A DNA stretch of 64,000 nt from an uncultured Candidatus Nitrosopelagicus sp. (GTDB lineage Archaea > Thermoproteota > Nitrososphaeria > Nitrososphaerales > Nitrosopumilaceae), in NCBI GenBank assembly GCA_964511265.1, contig CAZEES010000003.1, forward strand, positions 836 through 64,835, written 5' to 3'. Made by a program: the position numbers and the translations under genes. The number at the start of each line of letters is the position of its first letter. Position 1 is the first letter of the stretch. Below the pieces are notes generated by a model. It saw nothing but the letters and a program-made list of their open reading frames with translations, was not told the origin of the DNA and did not search any database. Positions 11,014 through 20,670 of the stretch are shown here, one piece after another.

Positions 11014-11190
11014 ATGGGGATTCGCCTACGCTGTAAAGATTATGGATACGATTGTGAATTTGTAGTAGAGGCAGATGATGCTCAAGAAGTTATGAAAGAA
11101 TTTGGGAAACATTCTGATGAGGAACATGGCATATGGTATTCAGATGAATCACTAAAGCAAATAGTTCAAAACAAGTACAATCTCAAATAA
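11014..11190 (+). CDS. Small DUF1059-like Cys/His protein (58 aa, not in ORF track)
   Basis: Hand translation MGIRLRCKDYGYDCEFVVEADDAQEVMKEFGKHSDEEHGIWYSDESLKQIVQNKYNLK; C..GYDC...H...EHG pattern. Confidence 0.8.
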   Translation: MGIRLRCKDYGYDCEFVVEADDAQEVMKEFGKHSDEEHGIWYSDESLKQIVQNKYNLK

Positions 11191-12264
11191 TCAGTTAGGT
11201 TTCAGTATTATTTTCCCAACTAATCCTTTTCCGTTTAACATTTTGTTATGAGCATCAACGGCATTTTCAAATGTGAAAATAGAGTCAATTATGACCTTGA
11301 TTTTGCCTTGACCCATCCAATAGAATCCATCTTCTAGCTCAGCACGAGTTCCTTGTGTTGAACCTAAAATGTTGATTCCTTTGAAAAATATATGTCGTAA
11401 ATCGGCAGGAGCATCATAGCCAGTTGTAGCCCCAGTAGTGACAATTGTTGCACCATATTTGAGTAAAGTTAGTTCTTTGTTAAAATGTGAGCCACCAATA
11501 TGCTCAAAAATTACATCAATTCCTGGCGCTTCATTATTCTTTTTTGCCAATTCTTTTGATATCTTGAAAACTTCTTTGTGCCAGTCTTCTTTTCTATGAT
11601 CTACTGCATAATCAGCACCAAGTTCTTTTAATTGTTCTAGTTTTTCTGGGCTTGCAGTTGCAATTACAGTACAACCGTACAATTTTGCAATTTGAATACC
11701 AAAAATACCAACACCAGAACTACCTCCCATTACAAGAACAATTTGTCCTGGTTTGATCTTAGCTCTTCCAACCAACATATGCCAGGACGTTAAAAGCGTC
11801 ATGGAAGCAGCAGCTGCGTCTTCATAAGAAATTGAATCTGGAATTTTTAAGACATTGATTTCAGGTAAATGTGCAATTTCACAATATCCACCCCAAAGAG
11901 GTCCTGTTTGAAATCCCCAGATTATTCTTTTTTTACAATCAAATTCTCTTCCAGAAGTACATCTAGAACAAACACGACAAGACATGTTTCCATGCGAAAC
12001 AACTCTATCACCAACTTTGATAGTTTTTACATCTTCACCAACTGCAATTACTTCACCAGCTGCATCAGTACCAGAGATATGTGGTAAAGGTACTGCAAGA
12101 GGTTTGCCTCGCATTCCCCATATGTCATCATAGTTTAATGCAGCAGCTTTCACACGGAATAATACTTCATTTGGTTTTGGAACAGGGTCAGGAACTTCTT
12201 TTAGTTGTAAGATTGATTCAAAATCATTATTTTCTGCATATTTTTCATAAACTAAAGCTTTCAT
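11191..12264 (-). CDS. MDR-superfamily NAD(P)H oxidoreductase, paralog 1
   Basis: GroES-like domain, structural Zn CRVCSRC...C, GGSSGVG nucleotide-binding motif. Confidence 0.9.
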   Translation of the reverse strand: MKALVYEKYAENNDFESILQLKEVPDPVPKPNEVLFRVKAAALNYDDIWGMRGKPLAVPLPHISGTDAAGEVIAVGEDVKTIKVGDRVVSHGNMSCRVCSRCTSGREFDCKKRIIWGFQTGPLWGGYCEIAHLPEINVLKIPDSISYEDAAAASMTLLTSWHMLVGRAKIKPGQIVLVMGGSSGVGIFGIQIAKLYGCTVIATASPEKLEQLKELGADYAVDHRKEDWHKEVFKISKELAKKNNEAPGIDVIFEHIGGSHFNKELTLLKYGATIVTTGATTGYDAPADLRHIFFKGINILGSTQGTRAELEDGFYWMGQGKIKVIIDSIFTFENAVDAHNKMLNGKGLVGKIILKPN

Positions 12265-12268
12265 TTTG

Positions 12269-13597
12269 TTAGTAATTGTCTAGAGAGATTTTATCAAGTT
12301 TTGGAATTTTTGCAATTTCAAATCCTTCTTTTCTTTTATTTAGTGGTCTCGTTGCATCAATTCCAAGTTTGGCTGTCTTTAGATTTTTTTGATCACTGGA
12401 AGGATCCAAACTGGAACCACGTACATTTTTTATTAATACCATATCTTTGTCAGCCTGGAATCTTGTTGCCATAGCATATTCAACCTGATCAGAATTTGAT
12501 GGTTCAATATCATCGTCTACAATAGTAACCATTTTCAAAGAGCGATGAGATGCAAAAATTTCATTAATTATTTTTTTAACATTGGTTGAAGGTTTTTTTG
12601 AAATTTGTGCTACAGCGTGAAGCCAGTGCGAGCCACCATTAGACAAGATCACCTGGTTAGTTGAAGGGAACTTTTTCTTTATTATTCCATTAAGTTTTGA
12701 CTCTATTGGCATTCCCATTAACAAATGATGTTCCCCAAATCCAGACAGAATGTCATGGAAAATTGGATTATTTCTATAATACATTTTTTCTAGTTCAAAG
12801 AGTGGTTGCTCTCTAGGATGATCATATGTACGCAGCATTTCAACCATCCATTCTTTGTCCGTCTTATCTTGGAGAATTTTACCTTCCATGACAATCTCAG
12901 TACCTGATGGAACATGCATTCCAGAGTATGGGCATTTTGTTAAAGTCAATTTATTTCTCAATAAGGAATTAGCTATATGCAATTCATCTTTTCCCCAATC
13001 TGCTTGATATGCACCAGCAATTGATATTGCAGGATGGACACCTACAGTGATTGCAACTTTTAGATCTTCACCATGTTCTTTTGCATTAATGAAATTTCTA
13101 TGGGAATGACGTCCCTCAACCATTCTAATTGAGAAATGGTTTCTATCAATCGGCATTAATCTATGAAATGCAGAGTTCTGTGTTTTGAATTCATGGTTTT
13201 GAGAATAAACTATAGCAGATGTGATAAATGGGCCAGATTCTTTCTCAAAATGTGTAACAATAGGAAGTTCGGAAAGATCACTTGAAGAATTTTCAAAGAA
13301 TTTTCCATTGGATGTGGTTTTTGGTTTTTTTGCATTTTTTATTGAAGAGTAGATTGATTCGTGTATTTTATTTTCTTTTGCATTTACTGCAAGTGCAAAT
13401 CTTTTTCGTGTACCAACTAAATTACTAACTAATTTGAAATTGTTTTGTTTTATGTTTTCAAAAAGTAATGCTGAACCTCCATCGGCTTTTGCAGTAATTC
13501 CCGCGATTTCAAATTTTGTTGAAACTTTTTTTTGAATGATTTTAATTCCTTTAGATTTTTTTAGTTTGGATATGTAATCACGCAAGTCTCCAGTCAT
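12269..13597 (-). CDS. UbiD-family prFMN-dependent decarboxylase
   Basis: DLRDYISKL start, HFEKESGPFITS, VDDDI, TAKLGIDATRP. Confidence 0.9.
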   Translation of the reverse strand: MTGDLRDYISKLKKSKGIKIIQKKVSTKFEIAGITAKADGGSALLFENIKQNNFKLVSNLVGTRKRFALAVNAKENKIHESIYSSIKNAKKPKTTSNGKFFENSSSDLSELPIVTHFEKESGPFITSAIVYSQNHEFKTQNSAFHRLMPIDRNHFSIRMVEGRHSHRNFINAKEHGEDLKVAITVGVHPAISIAGAYQADWGKDELHIANSLLRNKLTLTKCPYSGMHVPSGTEIVMEGKILQDKTDKEWMVEMLRTYDHPREQPLFELEKMYYRNNPIFHDILSGFGEHHLLMGMPIESKLNGIIKKKFPSTNQVILSNGGSHWLHAVAQISKKPSTNVKKIINEIFASHRSLKMVTIVDDDIEPSNSDQVEYAMATRFQADKDMVLIKNVRGSSLDPSSDQKNLKTAKLGIDATRPLNKRKEGFEIAKIPKLDKISLDNY

Positions 13598-13926
13598 TGT
13601 GTAATTTCTCCCATAATTTCATGCATTAATTGTTTTGTAGTATTATTATCTAATGATTTTTCAAAATTCGCAGTGACAAGACATATGCCTTTTAAAAAAG
13701 ACGAGATTTTTTCAGATAATAATTTCAAAAAAAGTTCTTCAGATTTAGTTGGTATGATTATAGAGGTGGATGGAACAGGTCCAGAGCTAACAGATATTAG
13801 CATTGGACCAATTTTAGGAGAGTTTTCTGAGATGGATATTATTATTCCATTATCAAAATTTAGCATATTCACTAGAAAAGTACGATTCTCGTATGCAATT
13901 GTCTTTGTATTACAACCAGTTTCCAC
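13594..13926 (-). CDS. Conserved hypothetical protein
   Basis: 110-aa ORF coupled to ubiD. Confidence 0.7.
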   Translation of the reverse strand: METGCNTKTIAYENRTFLVNMLNFDNGIIISISENSPKIGPMLISVSSGPVPSTSIIIPTKSEELFLKLLSEKISSFLKGICLVTANFEKSLDNNTTKQLMHEIMGEITQ

Positions 13927-13942
13927 AAAAAGACTTTTTTAA

Positions 13943-14566
13943 TTATGCCTTTATTGCTATCGGTTCAGACTTTGCGTCGAATGCTTCTTTGACTAGATCT
14001 CTTGCCTTTTTGATAGTTATACGTTCTTCAGATTTTCTGAGTTCTTGAACGGTCTTTGTTTTTGTCCATCCTTCAGAGACAGCAGTTGCTAATGTTGTTT
14101 TAACAAAATCAGATGATGATGCTGCAACTTCAACAGGAGTCTCAACTGGTGCATTCTTTGCATCAAATGCCTCTTTAGTTAATTCTCTTGCCCTTTTGAT
14201 GGTCATGCCTTCAGATTTTCTGAGTTCTTGAACGGTCTTTGTTTTTGTCCATCCTTCAGAGACAGCAGTTGCTAATGTTGTTTTAACAAAATCAGATGAT
14301 TCTGCCGAAACTGTTGCAACTTGTGCCACCTCAATAGTTCGAGATTTGAGAGATGCTGCGTCAGCTTCAACTCTTGCTCGGAGTTTTGCTTTGTACTTCA
14401 AGTTACGTGGTTTAGTTCTTAATCGGTAACCACAGCATGGGCACCAAAGTCCTTCCCAATTAATGAAGATTTCACAGATTTGACAACGTCTTTGACCAGA
14501 TGCATAACGTCCAGTGCCTACTGGTTTTTGTGCTTTGTATCTAGAACAGATTCCTTTACATGTCAT
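13943..14566 (-). CDS. Cys-rich Zn-finger protein with duplicated C-terminal helical module
   Basis: CKGIC...CQIC...CPCC N-terminus; two copies of SDFVKTTLATAVSEGWTKTKTVQELRKSE. Confidence 0.85.
   Translation of the reverse strand: MTCKGICSRYKAQKPVGTGRYASGQRRCQICEIFINWEGLWCPCCGYRLRTKPRNLKYKAKLRARVEADAASLKSRTIEVAQVATVSAESSDFVKTTLATAVSEGWTKTKTVQELRKSEGMTIKRARELTKEAFDAKNAPVETPVEVAASSSDFVKTTLATAVSEGWTKTKTVQELRKSEERITIKKARDLVKEAFDAKSEPIAIKA
14026..14300. repeat. Perfect 92-bp direct repeat (14026-14117 and 14209-14300)
   Basis: Base-by-base identity read from the sequence; period 183 bp. Confidence 0.95.
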
Positions 14567-14737
14567 TTTGTATCCAAATATTGTAGAATTTACAACTATA
14601 TAAAAGAGATCTAGTGATTTTTTACAAAAAAATTGATTTTTTATGTAAAAATTTTATTGATTTATATAGAAAAACTAATCAATTTCAAGAAAAAAGGGAT
14701 TATCTATAAATATCTTTGTGTATTTTCGGACTTTGTA

Positions 14738-15382
14738 CTAACCAATAATTGAGAGTGGTAAGACAGATTTTGGAATTCCACTTCTTTGTGAAATGAATTG
14801 GGCGGACAACATGTCCCGTTTTCCACGCTGATTATGATTTTTGATTTTGAGTGAAGTACTTGATTCATCAACAAATTCAATTTCAAACTTGGAACAAAAT
14901 TTCAAATTTAACATTTGAAGAATTCTATTAGCAGTTTTCATATCACCATTGCCAATTTTAACAATTTTTCTAGATGCAGGTAATTCAGCCAGAATTGAGA
15001 TTAGATAAAGAATTAGTTTATCAATAGATACAAAAAATGTTCTTGCAATCTCGTTTTCTAGATATGTAACTGAAACACCAATTCTTTCACCAGGATCAAT
15101 TCCTAAAATCAACCTAGATGAATTAGTCGGTGAATTAAGCATTTTTGTAATAATTCCCTTAACAACTATTGGATCCTTACTAATTATTTCATCAAATAAC
15201 ATGGGCATTGCAATTTGTTTTGGGGCCTCTTTTTCTGTAGTAATGACTAGATCACCATCAAAATCCCCAATTTCACTAGGCAATATGGAATCAAATGGAA
15301 TTGATAATTCCTTGAAAATTTTAGATAATTTGAAATATGGTTTGCCATACTCGGTGGCGATTGCAATTTTTTTATTTTCTAT
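14738..15382 (-). CDS. Hypothetical protein with RNase H-like (ILGIDPG) domain; start uncertain
   Basis: ORF track starts at TTG 15283, but the frame stays open and coding-like to about 15391; ILGIDPGERIG and FVDESSTS motifs. Confidence 0.7.
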   Translation of the reverse strand: MENKKIAIATEYGKPYFKLSKIFKELSIPFDSILPSEIGDFDGDLVITTEKEAPKQIAMPMLFDEIISKDPIVVKGIITKMLNSPTNSSRLILGIDPGERIGVSVTYLENEIARTFFVSIDKLILYLISILAELPASRKIVKIGNGDMKTANRILQMLNLKFCSKFEIEFVDESSTSLKIKNHNQRGKRDMLSAQFISQRSGIPKSVLPLSIIG

Positions 15383-15502
15383 ACGAGTGATAATTCAGGT
15401 ATGGTTTGTACAAATTTAGTACTTTTGGGAGTAAATTTCCTACACAATTGGTCAAAAATGTCTCTAAACAGGTAGAAGATGTTGAATTTAGTGGCTGATA
15501 AC

Positions 15503-15832
15503 TTAGGATTTTAGAATTGTAGATACAGCATTTTCTACAGCAGAATCAAAGTTAGAATCAATATTTTGCTGGATTTCAGTGATTTTTGCCTCTCCCTCTT
15601 GGGAAATTTTCTGAGATTCAGATTCTGCTTTTGATTTAGAGTCAGAAATGAGGGATTCTGCCTCAGAGTTGGCTATTTTTCTTGTCTGTTCAAGAAGAGA
15701 ATCAATCTCCTTTTGGGCAATTGAATTTAATGATTTTTTCATATCGGCCAAACCGAGATTTATAGAGTCAATTTCAGATTCCAGTTCCGATAAGGATTTG
15801 ATAATTCCATCGACTTTGGTAGTTTGGCTCAT
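15503..15832 (-). CDS. Coiled-coil protein resembling A/V-ATPase subunit H/G
   Basis: 109 aa, heptad-rich, EAESLISDSKSKAE pattern. Confidence 0.6.
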   Translation of the reverse strand: MSQTTKVDGIIKSLSELESEIDSINLGLADMKKSLNSIAQKEIDSLLEQTRKIANSEAESLISDSKSKAESESQKISQEGEAKITEIQQNIDSNFDSAVENAVSTILKS

Positions 15833-15867
15833 TTTGATTTTTTCCTCTTACTCCATTATTAAAATCT

Positions 15868-16215
15868 TCAATTTGTAGTTAACAATAAGATCGCTCTTGC
15901 CAGATCGCCTTCAGCCTCAGCTAGTGCATTTTTTGCTGTTTCCTCATCAACATTGGCCTGTTGACATACAAGTGAAATATCCTCATCGCTGAAAATTGGA
16001 ATGTCTAGTTCTTTTTCTTCTATATTATCAGCTACTACCTGGAAAATTGAGTTTTCTTTAGTTTTCATCTCAGTTACTGCTGGTTTGCTAATTATGATCT
16101 CTTTTTTGTCTGTCTTAATTATGACTTCTTGGACATTATTCACCTCTTCCATGTCCATTCCCATCTTGTCCATCATTCTTCTCATTTGGCGATTTCCGCC
16201 ACGTCCGCCCATCAT
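15868..16215 (-). CDS. nac: Nascent polypeptide-associated complex protein
   Basis: NRQMRRMMDKMG, C-terminal UBA domain (GDLARAILLL). Confidence 0.95.
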   Translation of the reverse strand: MMGGRGGNRQMRRMMDKMGMDMEEVNNVQEVIIKTDKKEIIISKPAVTEMKTKENSIFQVVADNIEEKELDIPIFSDEDISLVCQQANVDEETAKNALAEAEGDLARAILLLTTN

Positions 16216-16691
16216 TATGATTCCTCTCCATCATTCTGAGATTTTAAACTATCTCGAATTTTGATTGCTACGCCTCTAGATTGGGTTTTAATCATGTTTG
16301 AAGAAAGAATGGATTTTCCAACGGCAATTATTTGCTTTTTGAAGAATATAGGCACGTCTGAGCCGATTTCTATCTTTGAGCCACATCTTTTCACATGTTG
16401 ACAGAATACTGATTTTCCCTGTTCTACAAATGGCTTTGAATCAGCATCAACTTCAATACAATAATTTTCTACGAATTTCTTATTTTTTGAAAAACGTTCA
16501 GCACAATAAATCGACATGGCAATTCCGCCATCTGTACGAGGAGTGAATAGTAAAAGGTCATTATGATAGACGGCTCTAATTCTGCCGGTCTTTTTTGACA
16601 TTTTGAAATCTACATCTTTTGGAATTTGTTTGGATACTCCAGCACCATAAAGTGCATCAACTGTATGGGAGATTTTTTCAAACTTGTCCAT
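16215..16691 (-). CDS. PUA-domain protein (archaeosine TGT C-terminal-like)
   Basis: SKKTGRIR, PFVEQGKSVFCQHV, RGVAIKIR. Confidence 0.85.
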   Translation of the reverse strand: MDKFEKISHTVDALYGAGVSKQIPKDVDFKMSKKTGRIRAVYHNDLLLFTPRTDGGIAMSIYCAERFSKNKKFVENYCIEVDADSKPFVEQGKSVFCQHVKRCGSKIEIGSDVPIFFKKQIIAVGKSILSSNMIKTQSRGVAIKIRDSLKSQNDGEES

Positions 16692-16831
16692 TGATTTTAG
16701 AGAATTATACCGGAAATATTAGTCTGAGTGAAAAATGTGATGGTCATCTTAAATATACAACACCTAATGTTGAGCCTAGAAAAACACATAGATCACTCAA
16801 AAAACCATATATTTAATAATTCTATATAGTA

Positions 16832-17884
16832 ATGCCGAACATGGCAGATAAGGACCAAATTAGAAAAATCCAGTTTACTGGAAAATCATCTTACATAGTC
16901 TCATTACCAAAGGATTGGATTAAAGACCAAGGTCTAAAACAAGGAGACCAAGTTACAGTTGGAAGAAATGGGAGTAAGACCTTAGAAGTCAGACCAGTAA
17001 ATTTTTCAAAATCTTCAGGAGATGAAGTTTCAAATCTCATTATTTCACCTGATGATGAAAAATCTGCCATTGTAAGAAAACTCATTGCACTATACTTTTT
17101 GAATGCAAAAACTATCAATGTCAAACCAAAAGCAGGAACTAGAATTTCTCCAACTCATAGAATTGCAATTCGAAATACTGTCAAAAAGGTTCTAATGGGT
17201 TCAGAGATTACAGCAGATTCTACAGATGGCATAACTATTCAAGTATTGATTAATCTGGTAGAATTATCAGTTGATGGTGCTTTCAAAAGAATGCTATCAA
17301 TGGCAAAATCCATGCAAACAGATGCACTATTATCTCTCAAAGAAGGAAATGAAGAACTTGCACAAGAAGTCATTAATTCAGATGATGATGTAGATAGATT
17401 TGGATTTTACATTATACGACAATTAACAATAGCAATAGAAAATCAACACATGTTAGAAGAAATGGGATTCAAGAATTCAAGAGATTGCTTAGGATATCGT
17501 GTAATTGTAAAAAACATAGAAAGAATTGGAGATCATGCAGTCACTTTAGCCCAAGATGCCATAGACATCAAAAAGCCAATCAAGGGAAAGATTATGACAA
17601 GCATTGAAAAAATGAATGAATTTGCACTTACAGCAATAGATAACACATGTTTAGCATTATTCAAAAATGACTATCAAGAAGCTGAAAAAGCAATCAGTGA
17701 ATCTCACAATATCAAAAGATACGAAGACAGTGTATTAAAAGCCCTAGAGCAAGCAAAAAACTCTGAAGAAGTTTTCAGAGTTAGAAGAATTGCTGAAAAT
17801 ATTAGAAGAATTGCTGAATATGCCAGCGATATAGGTGAAATCGTGCTAAACATGAATATTGAGAAAATCGCCAAGAAAAACTAG
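16832..17884 (+). CDS. AbrB-PhoU phosphate uptake regulator
   Basis: [19 protein letters not shown] AbrB domain plus PhoU repeats ([15 protein letters not shown]). Confidence 0.92.
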   Translation: MPNMADKDQIRKIQFTGKSSYIVSLPKDWIKDQGLKQGDQVTVGRNGSKTLEVRPVNFSKSSGDEVSNLIISPDDEKSAIVRKLIALYFLNAKTINVKPKAGTRISPTHRIAIRNTVKKVLMGSEITADSTDGITIQVLINLVELSVDGAFKRMLSMAKSMQTDALLSLKEGNEELAQEVINSDDDVDRFGFYIIRQLTIAIENQHMLEEMGFKNSRDCLGYRVIVKNIERIGDHAVTLAQDAIDIKKPIKGKIMTSIEKMNEFALTAIDNTCLALFKNDYQEAEKAISESHNIKRYEDSVLKALEQAKNSEEVFRVRRIAENIRRIAEYASDIGEIVLNMNIEKIAKKN

Positions 17885-17892
17885 GTATAATT

Positions 17893-18963
17893 TTGAAATC
17901 TTGTATTTTAATTACATATGACAATCAGGACGTGATTTCAGAGGCAGAATCACTGTGTGAGGCTGCACAATATAACGTACTATTCACAATTAGAGAAAAC
18001 GAACTTCACTTTACAAAATATGGAATTAGTGAAGGAAAAATGCCAAATTTGGAAGAGATGATTGAGAAATATCAACCAGATGTTATCGTATTCGATGAGA
18101 TACTAAAGCCAAATCAAAATTACAGTCTCGCTTCAAAGTTAAAGTTAGAAATTCTAGATAGAGAGTCATTAATTTTAGAAATTTTTGAAAGTAGAGCAAG
18201 TAGTTCTGAATCAAAATTACAAGTAAAACTAGCTCAATTGCGTTATGAAAGATCACGTGCTAAAGAGCGAGTTAGACTATCAAGGATGGGCGAACAGCCA
18301 GGTTTTATGGGAATTGGTAAATTCGAAGTTGATGTTTACTATAACGATATTCAAAATAGAGTCAATAATGTAAAATCAAAATTAAAAAAAGCAGGAAAGC
18401 AACGAGCATTACACCGACAAGGAAGAGACAGATTAGGATTTAAAACAATCTCACTAGCGGGCTATACATCTGCAGGAAAAACTACACTATTCAATAGCTT
18501 AACTGGAGAATCAAAAGAAAAAAGTGCAGAACTATTCACAACACTAACAACCACAACACGAAGATTAAAGCTTGGAAGAGAAATTGCGTTAATTACAGAT
18601 ACTGTTGGATTTATCAGTAAACTACCTGCTTATTTGATTGAGGCATTCAAATCTACACTAGAAGAATTGATCTTTACAGACATTGTGTTGGTAGTGATTG
18701 ATTCATTAGATAATGATCATCAAATGAGAAAGAAATTTTCTAGTTGTTACAAAACACTAGCTGAACTAGGTGTAGAAAGAAAGAATATGATTTTTCTGTT
18801 TAACAAGTCAGAATCAATCGATGATAAGAAATTGTTACATATTATGAATAATTTAAAAATTGATGAAATAGAAAGTTGTGTAGACATATCAGCAATAACT
18901 GGAAAAAATCTCACAGAATTGAAAAAACTATTAGAAGAAAGATTTTATGGAAAAATAGATTGA
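17893..18963 (+). CDS. hflX: GTPase HflX
   Basis: [25 protein letters not shown] motifs. Confidence 0.93.
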   Translation: MKSCILITYDNQDVISEAESLCEAAQYNVLFTIRENELHFTKYGISEGKMPNLEEMIEKYQPDVIVFDEILKPNQNYSLASKLKLEILDRESLILEIFESRASSSESKLQVKLAQLRYERSRAKERVRLSRMGEQPGFMGIGKFEVDVYYNDIQNRVNNVKSKLKKAGKQRALHRQGRDRLGFKTISLAGYTSAGKTTLFNSLTGESKEKSAELFTTLTTTTRRLKLGREIALITDTVGFISKLPAYLIEAFKSTLEELIFTDIVLVVIDSLDNDHQMRKKFSSCYKTLAELGVERKNMIFLFNKSESIDDKKLLHIMNNLKIDEIESCVDISAITGKNLTELKKLLEERFYGKID

Positions 18964-18965
18964 AG

Positions 18966-19484
18966 ATGAAGATAGAAGTTTTAAGAATTGGTCAGAGAGT
19001 AATTCGAGATGACAGAGTAACAACACATGTTGCATTAGTTGCAAGAGCGTTTGGAGCATCAAAAATTTACATGAATGAAGTTGATCCTGAGATTGAAAAC
19101 ACCATTAAAAAAATGAACAAAACCTGGGGTGGAGAATTTGAAGTGGAATTTTTTGACGATTGGAAGAAGGTTATAAAATCAAAGAGTGATGATTACAAAA
19201 TTGTCCATTTGACAATGTATGGAGAGAAAATTGATGATGTTGCAAAAGATATTAGAAAAAATCAGAACATCTTGATTGTGGTAGGTGCTGAGAAGGTGCC
19301 TAGAACAATTTATGAAAAATCGGATTTTAACGTCTCAGTGTCAAATCAACCTCATTCGGAGATTAGTGCATTAGCAATTATCTTGGATCGATTACACAAA
19401 GGAAAGCAATTTGACATGAAATTTGATAACTCAACAAGGCGAATCATTCCTACTAAAAAAGGGAAAAAAGTGATTTCAAAGTAA
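18966..19484 (+). CDS. trm56: tRNA (cytidine56-2'-O)-methyltransferase
   Basis: RDDRVTTHVALVARAFGA, VHLTMYG, VGAEKVP, NQPHSEI; start at MKIEV. Confidence 0.95.
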   Translation: MKIEVLRIGQRVIRDDRVTTHVALVARAFGASKIYMNEVDPEIENTIKKMNKTWGGEFEVEFFDDWKKVIKSKSDDYKIVHLTMYGEKIDDVAKDIRKNQNILIVVGAEKVPRTIYEKSDFNVSVSNQPHSEISALAIILDRLHKGKQFDMKFDNSTRRIIPTKKGKKVISK

Positions 19485-19510
19485 AAATAGAGGACAGAAT
19501 GTGAGAGAAT

Positions 19511-20020
19511 ATGGTTGACAAGTATGAAGACCCTTTTGTGAAAATTGCAGCAATGATTGGCGGAGATGAGTATCTCAAAGTTGCACGTTCTCTATTAAAG
19601 ACAGAAGATGCAACAGATGAAGAAATTGCTAGTTCGACAGGACTTCGTATCAACATGGTAAGGCGAGTATTATACGATTTATTTGGAAAAGGTTTGATAA
19701 CTGGCGTTCGTGTAAAAGACGAAAGAAAAGGTTGGTTTGTTTACAGATGGCGTTCAAGAAGAGATGAAGTTGAAAATTTCATAGAAAACCAAAAAAAGAA
19801 GATCCTTGACAGACTACAAAAGAGATTGGATTATGAAAACTCATCTGATTTTTACCATTGCGGAAATGAAGATTGTTCAAGATCAACATTTGAAGATGCA
19901 TTAGAATTATTTTTCAAATGTCCATCATGTGGACAAGTTCTTAATCTTAAGAAAAATGAAAAAATTCGAAAGAATTTTACAAAAAAAATTGATCAGATTA
20001 AAGGCGACATACGAGTTTAA
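19511..20020 (+). CDS. tfe: Transcription factor E (TFIIE alpha)
   Basis: wHTH VRRVLYDL, GWFVYRW, Zn ribbon CPSCG. Confidence 0.95.
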   Translation: MVDKYEDPFVKIAAMIGGDEYLKVARSLLKTEDATDEEIASSTGLRINMVRRVLYDLFGKGLITGVRVKDERKGWFVYRWRSRRDEVENFIENQKKKILDRLQKRLDYENSSDFYHCGNEDCSRSTFEDALELFFKCPSCGQVLNLKKNEKIRKNFTKKIDQIKGDIRV

Positions 20021-20670
20021 ATTTTATAATTTAAAATAATCTCATTACCACTTTTATGTACTTTTTTTAATTTTAAAGATGGCTTGATTTTTGATGATGT
20101 TAAAGAAGGTCCTTCAAATAGATTGACAGTATTTTTTGAGCCTAAAACATAAGGAGTAAGTGCAATAATCATTTCATCAATAAGATTTTTCTTCAAAAAA
20201 GAGTGGTTTAGTGTCCCACCGCCCTCTAGAAGGATAGTCTTGATTCCTTTTTTGTACAAAATAGATAGAAGTTTTGTTATATTTACTTGGTTTTTTCCAC
20301 ATACAATTACATCTAGAGATAATTTTTGTAACCGATGTAGATTTGAATTTGATACAAGTTCGGATGTAACAATGATGGTTGAAACACTTTTACAAGTTTT
20401 AATTATTCGAGAATTATTCTTGATTGTTCCACGAGAATCTAAAATAATTCGAATAGGGTTTTTTCCTTTGACATGTCTGACTGTTAAAAGAGGATCATCC
20501 TGTTCTACCGTGTTTTTTCCAACTAGTATAGCATCTGACTTTGAACGAAGTTTATGAACTCGTATCTTATCAGATTTTGATGACAATACAATTTTTTTGT
20601 TTTTTTGGCCAATTTTCCCATCAAGAGTTATTGCAGCACTCAGAATAATTTGAGGTTTAGATTTTTCCAT
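20017..20670 (-). CDS. 2,5-diamino-6-ribosylamino-pyrimidinone 5'-phosphate reductase (RibD C-terminal-like)
   Basis: AITLDGKI, VHKLRSKSDAILVG, LLEGGGTLN. Confidence 0.92.
   Translation of the reverse strand: MEKSKPQIILSAAITLDGKIGQKNKKIVLSSKSDKIRVHKLRSKSDAILVGKNTVEQDDPLLTVRHVKGKNPIRIILDSRGTIKNNSRIIKTCKSVSTIIVTSELVSNSNLHRLQKLSLDVIVCGKNQVNITKLLSILYKKGIKTILLEGGGTLNHSFLKKNLIDEMIIALTPYVLGSKNTVNLFEGPSLTSSKIKPSLKLKKVHKSGNEIILNYKI

Noticed and set aside
14567-14737. Very AT-rich intergenic stretch as a replication origin
   Set aside because: No ORB-like repeats and no cdc6/orc1 nearby; consistent with a promoter/terminator region.
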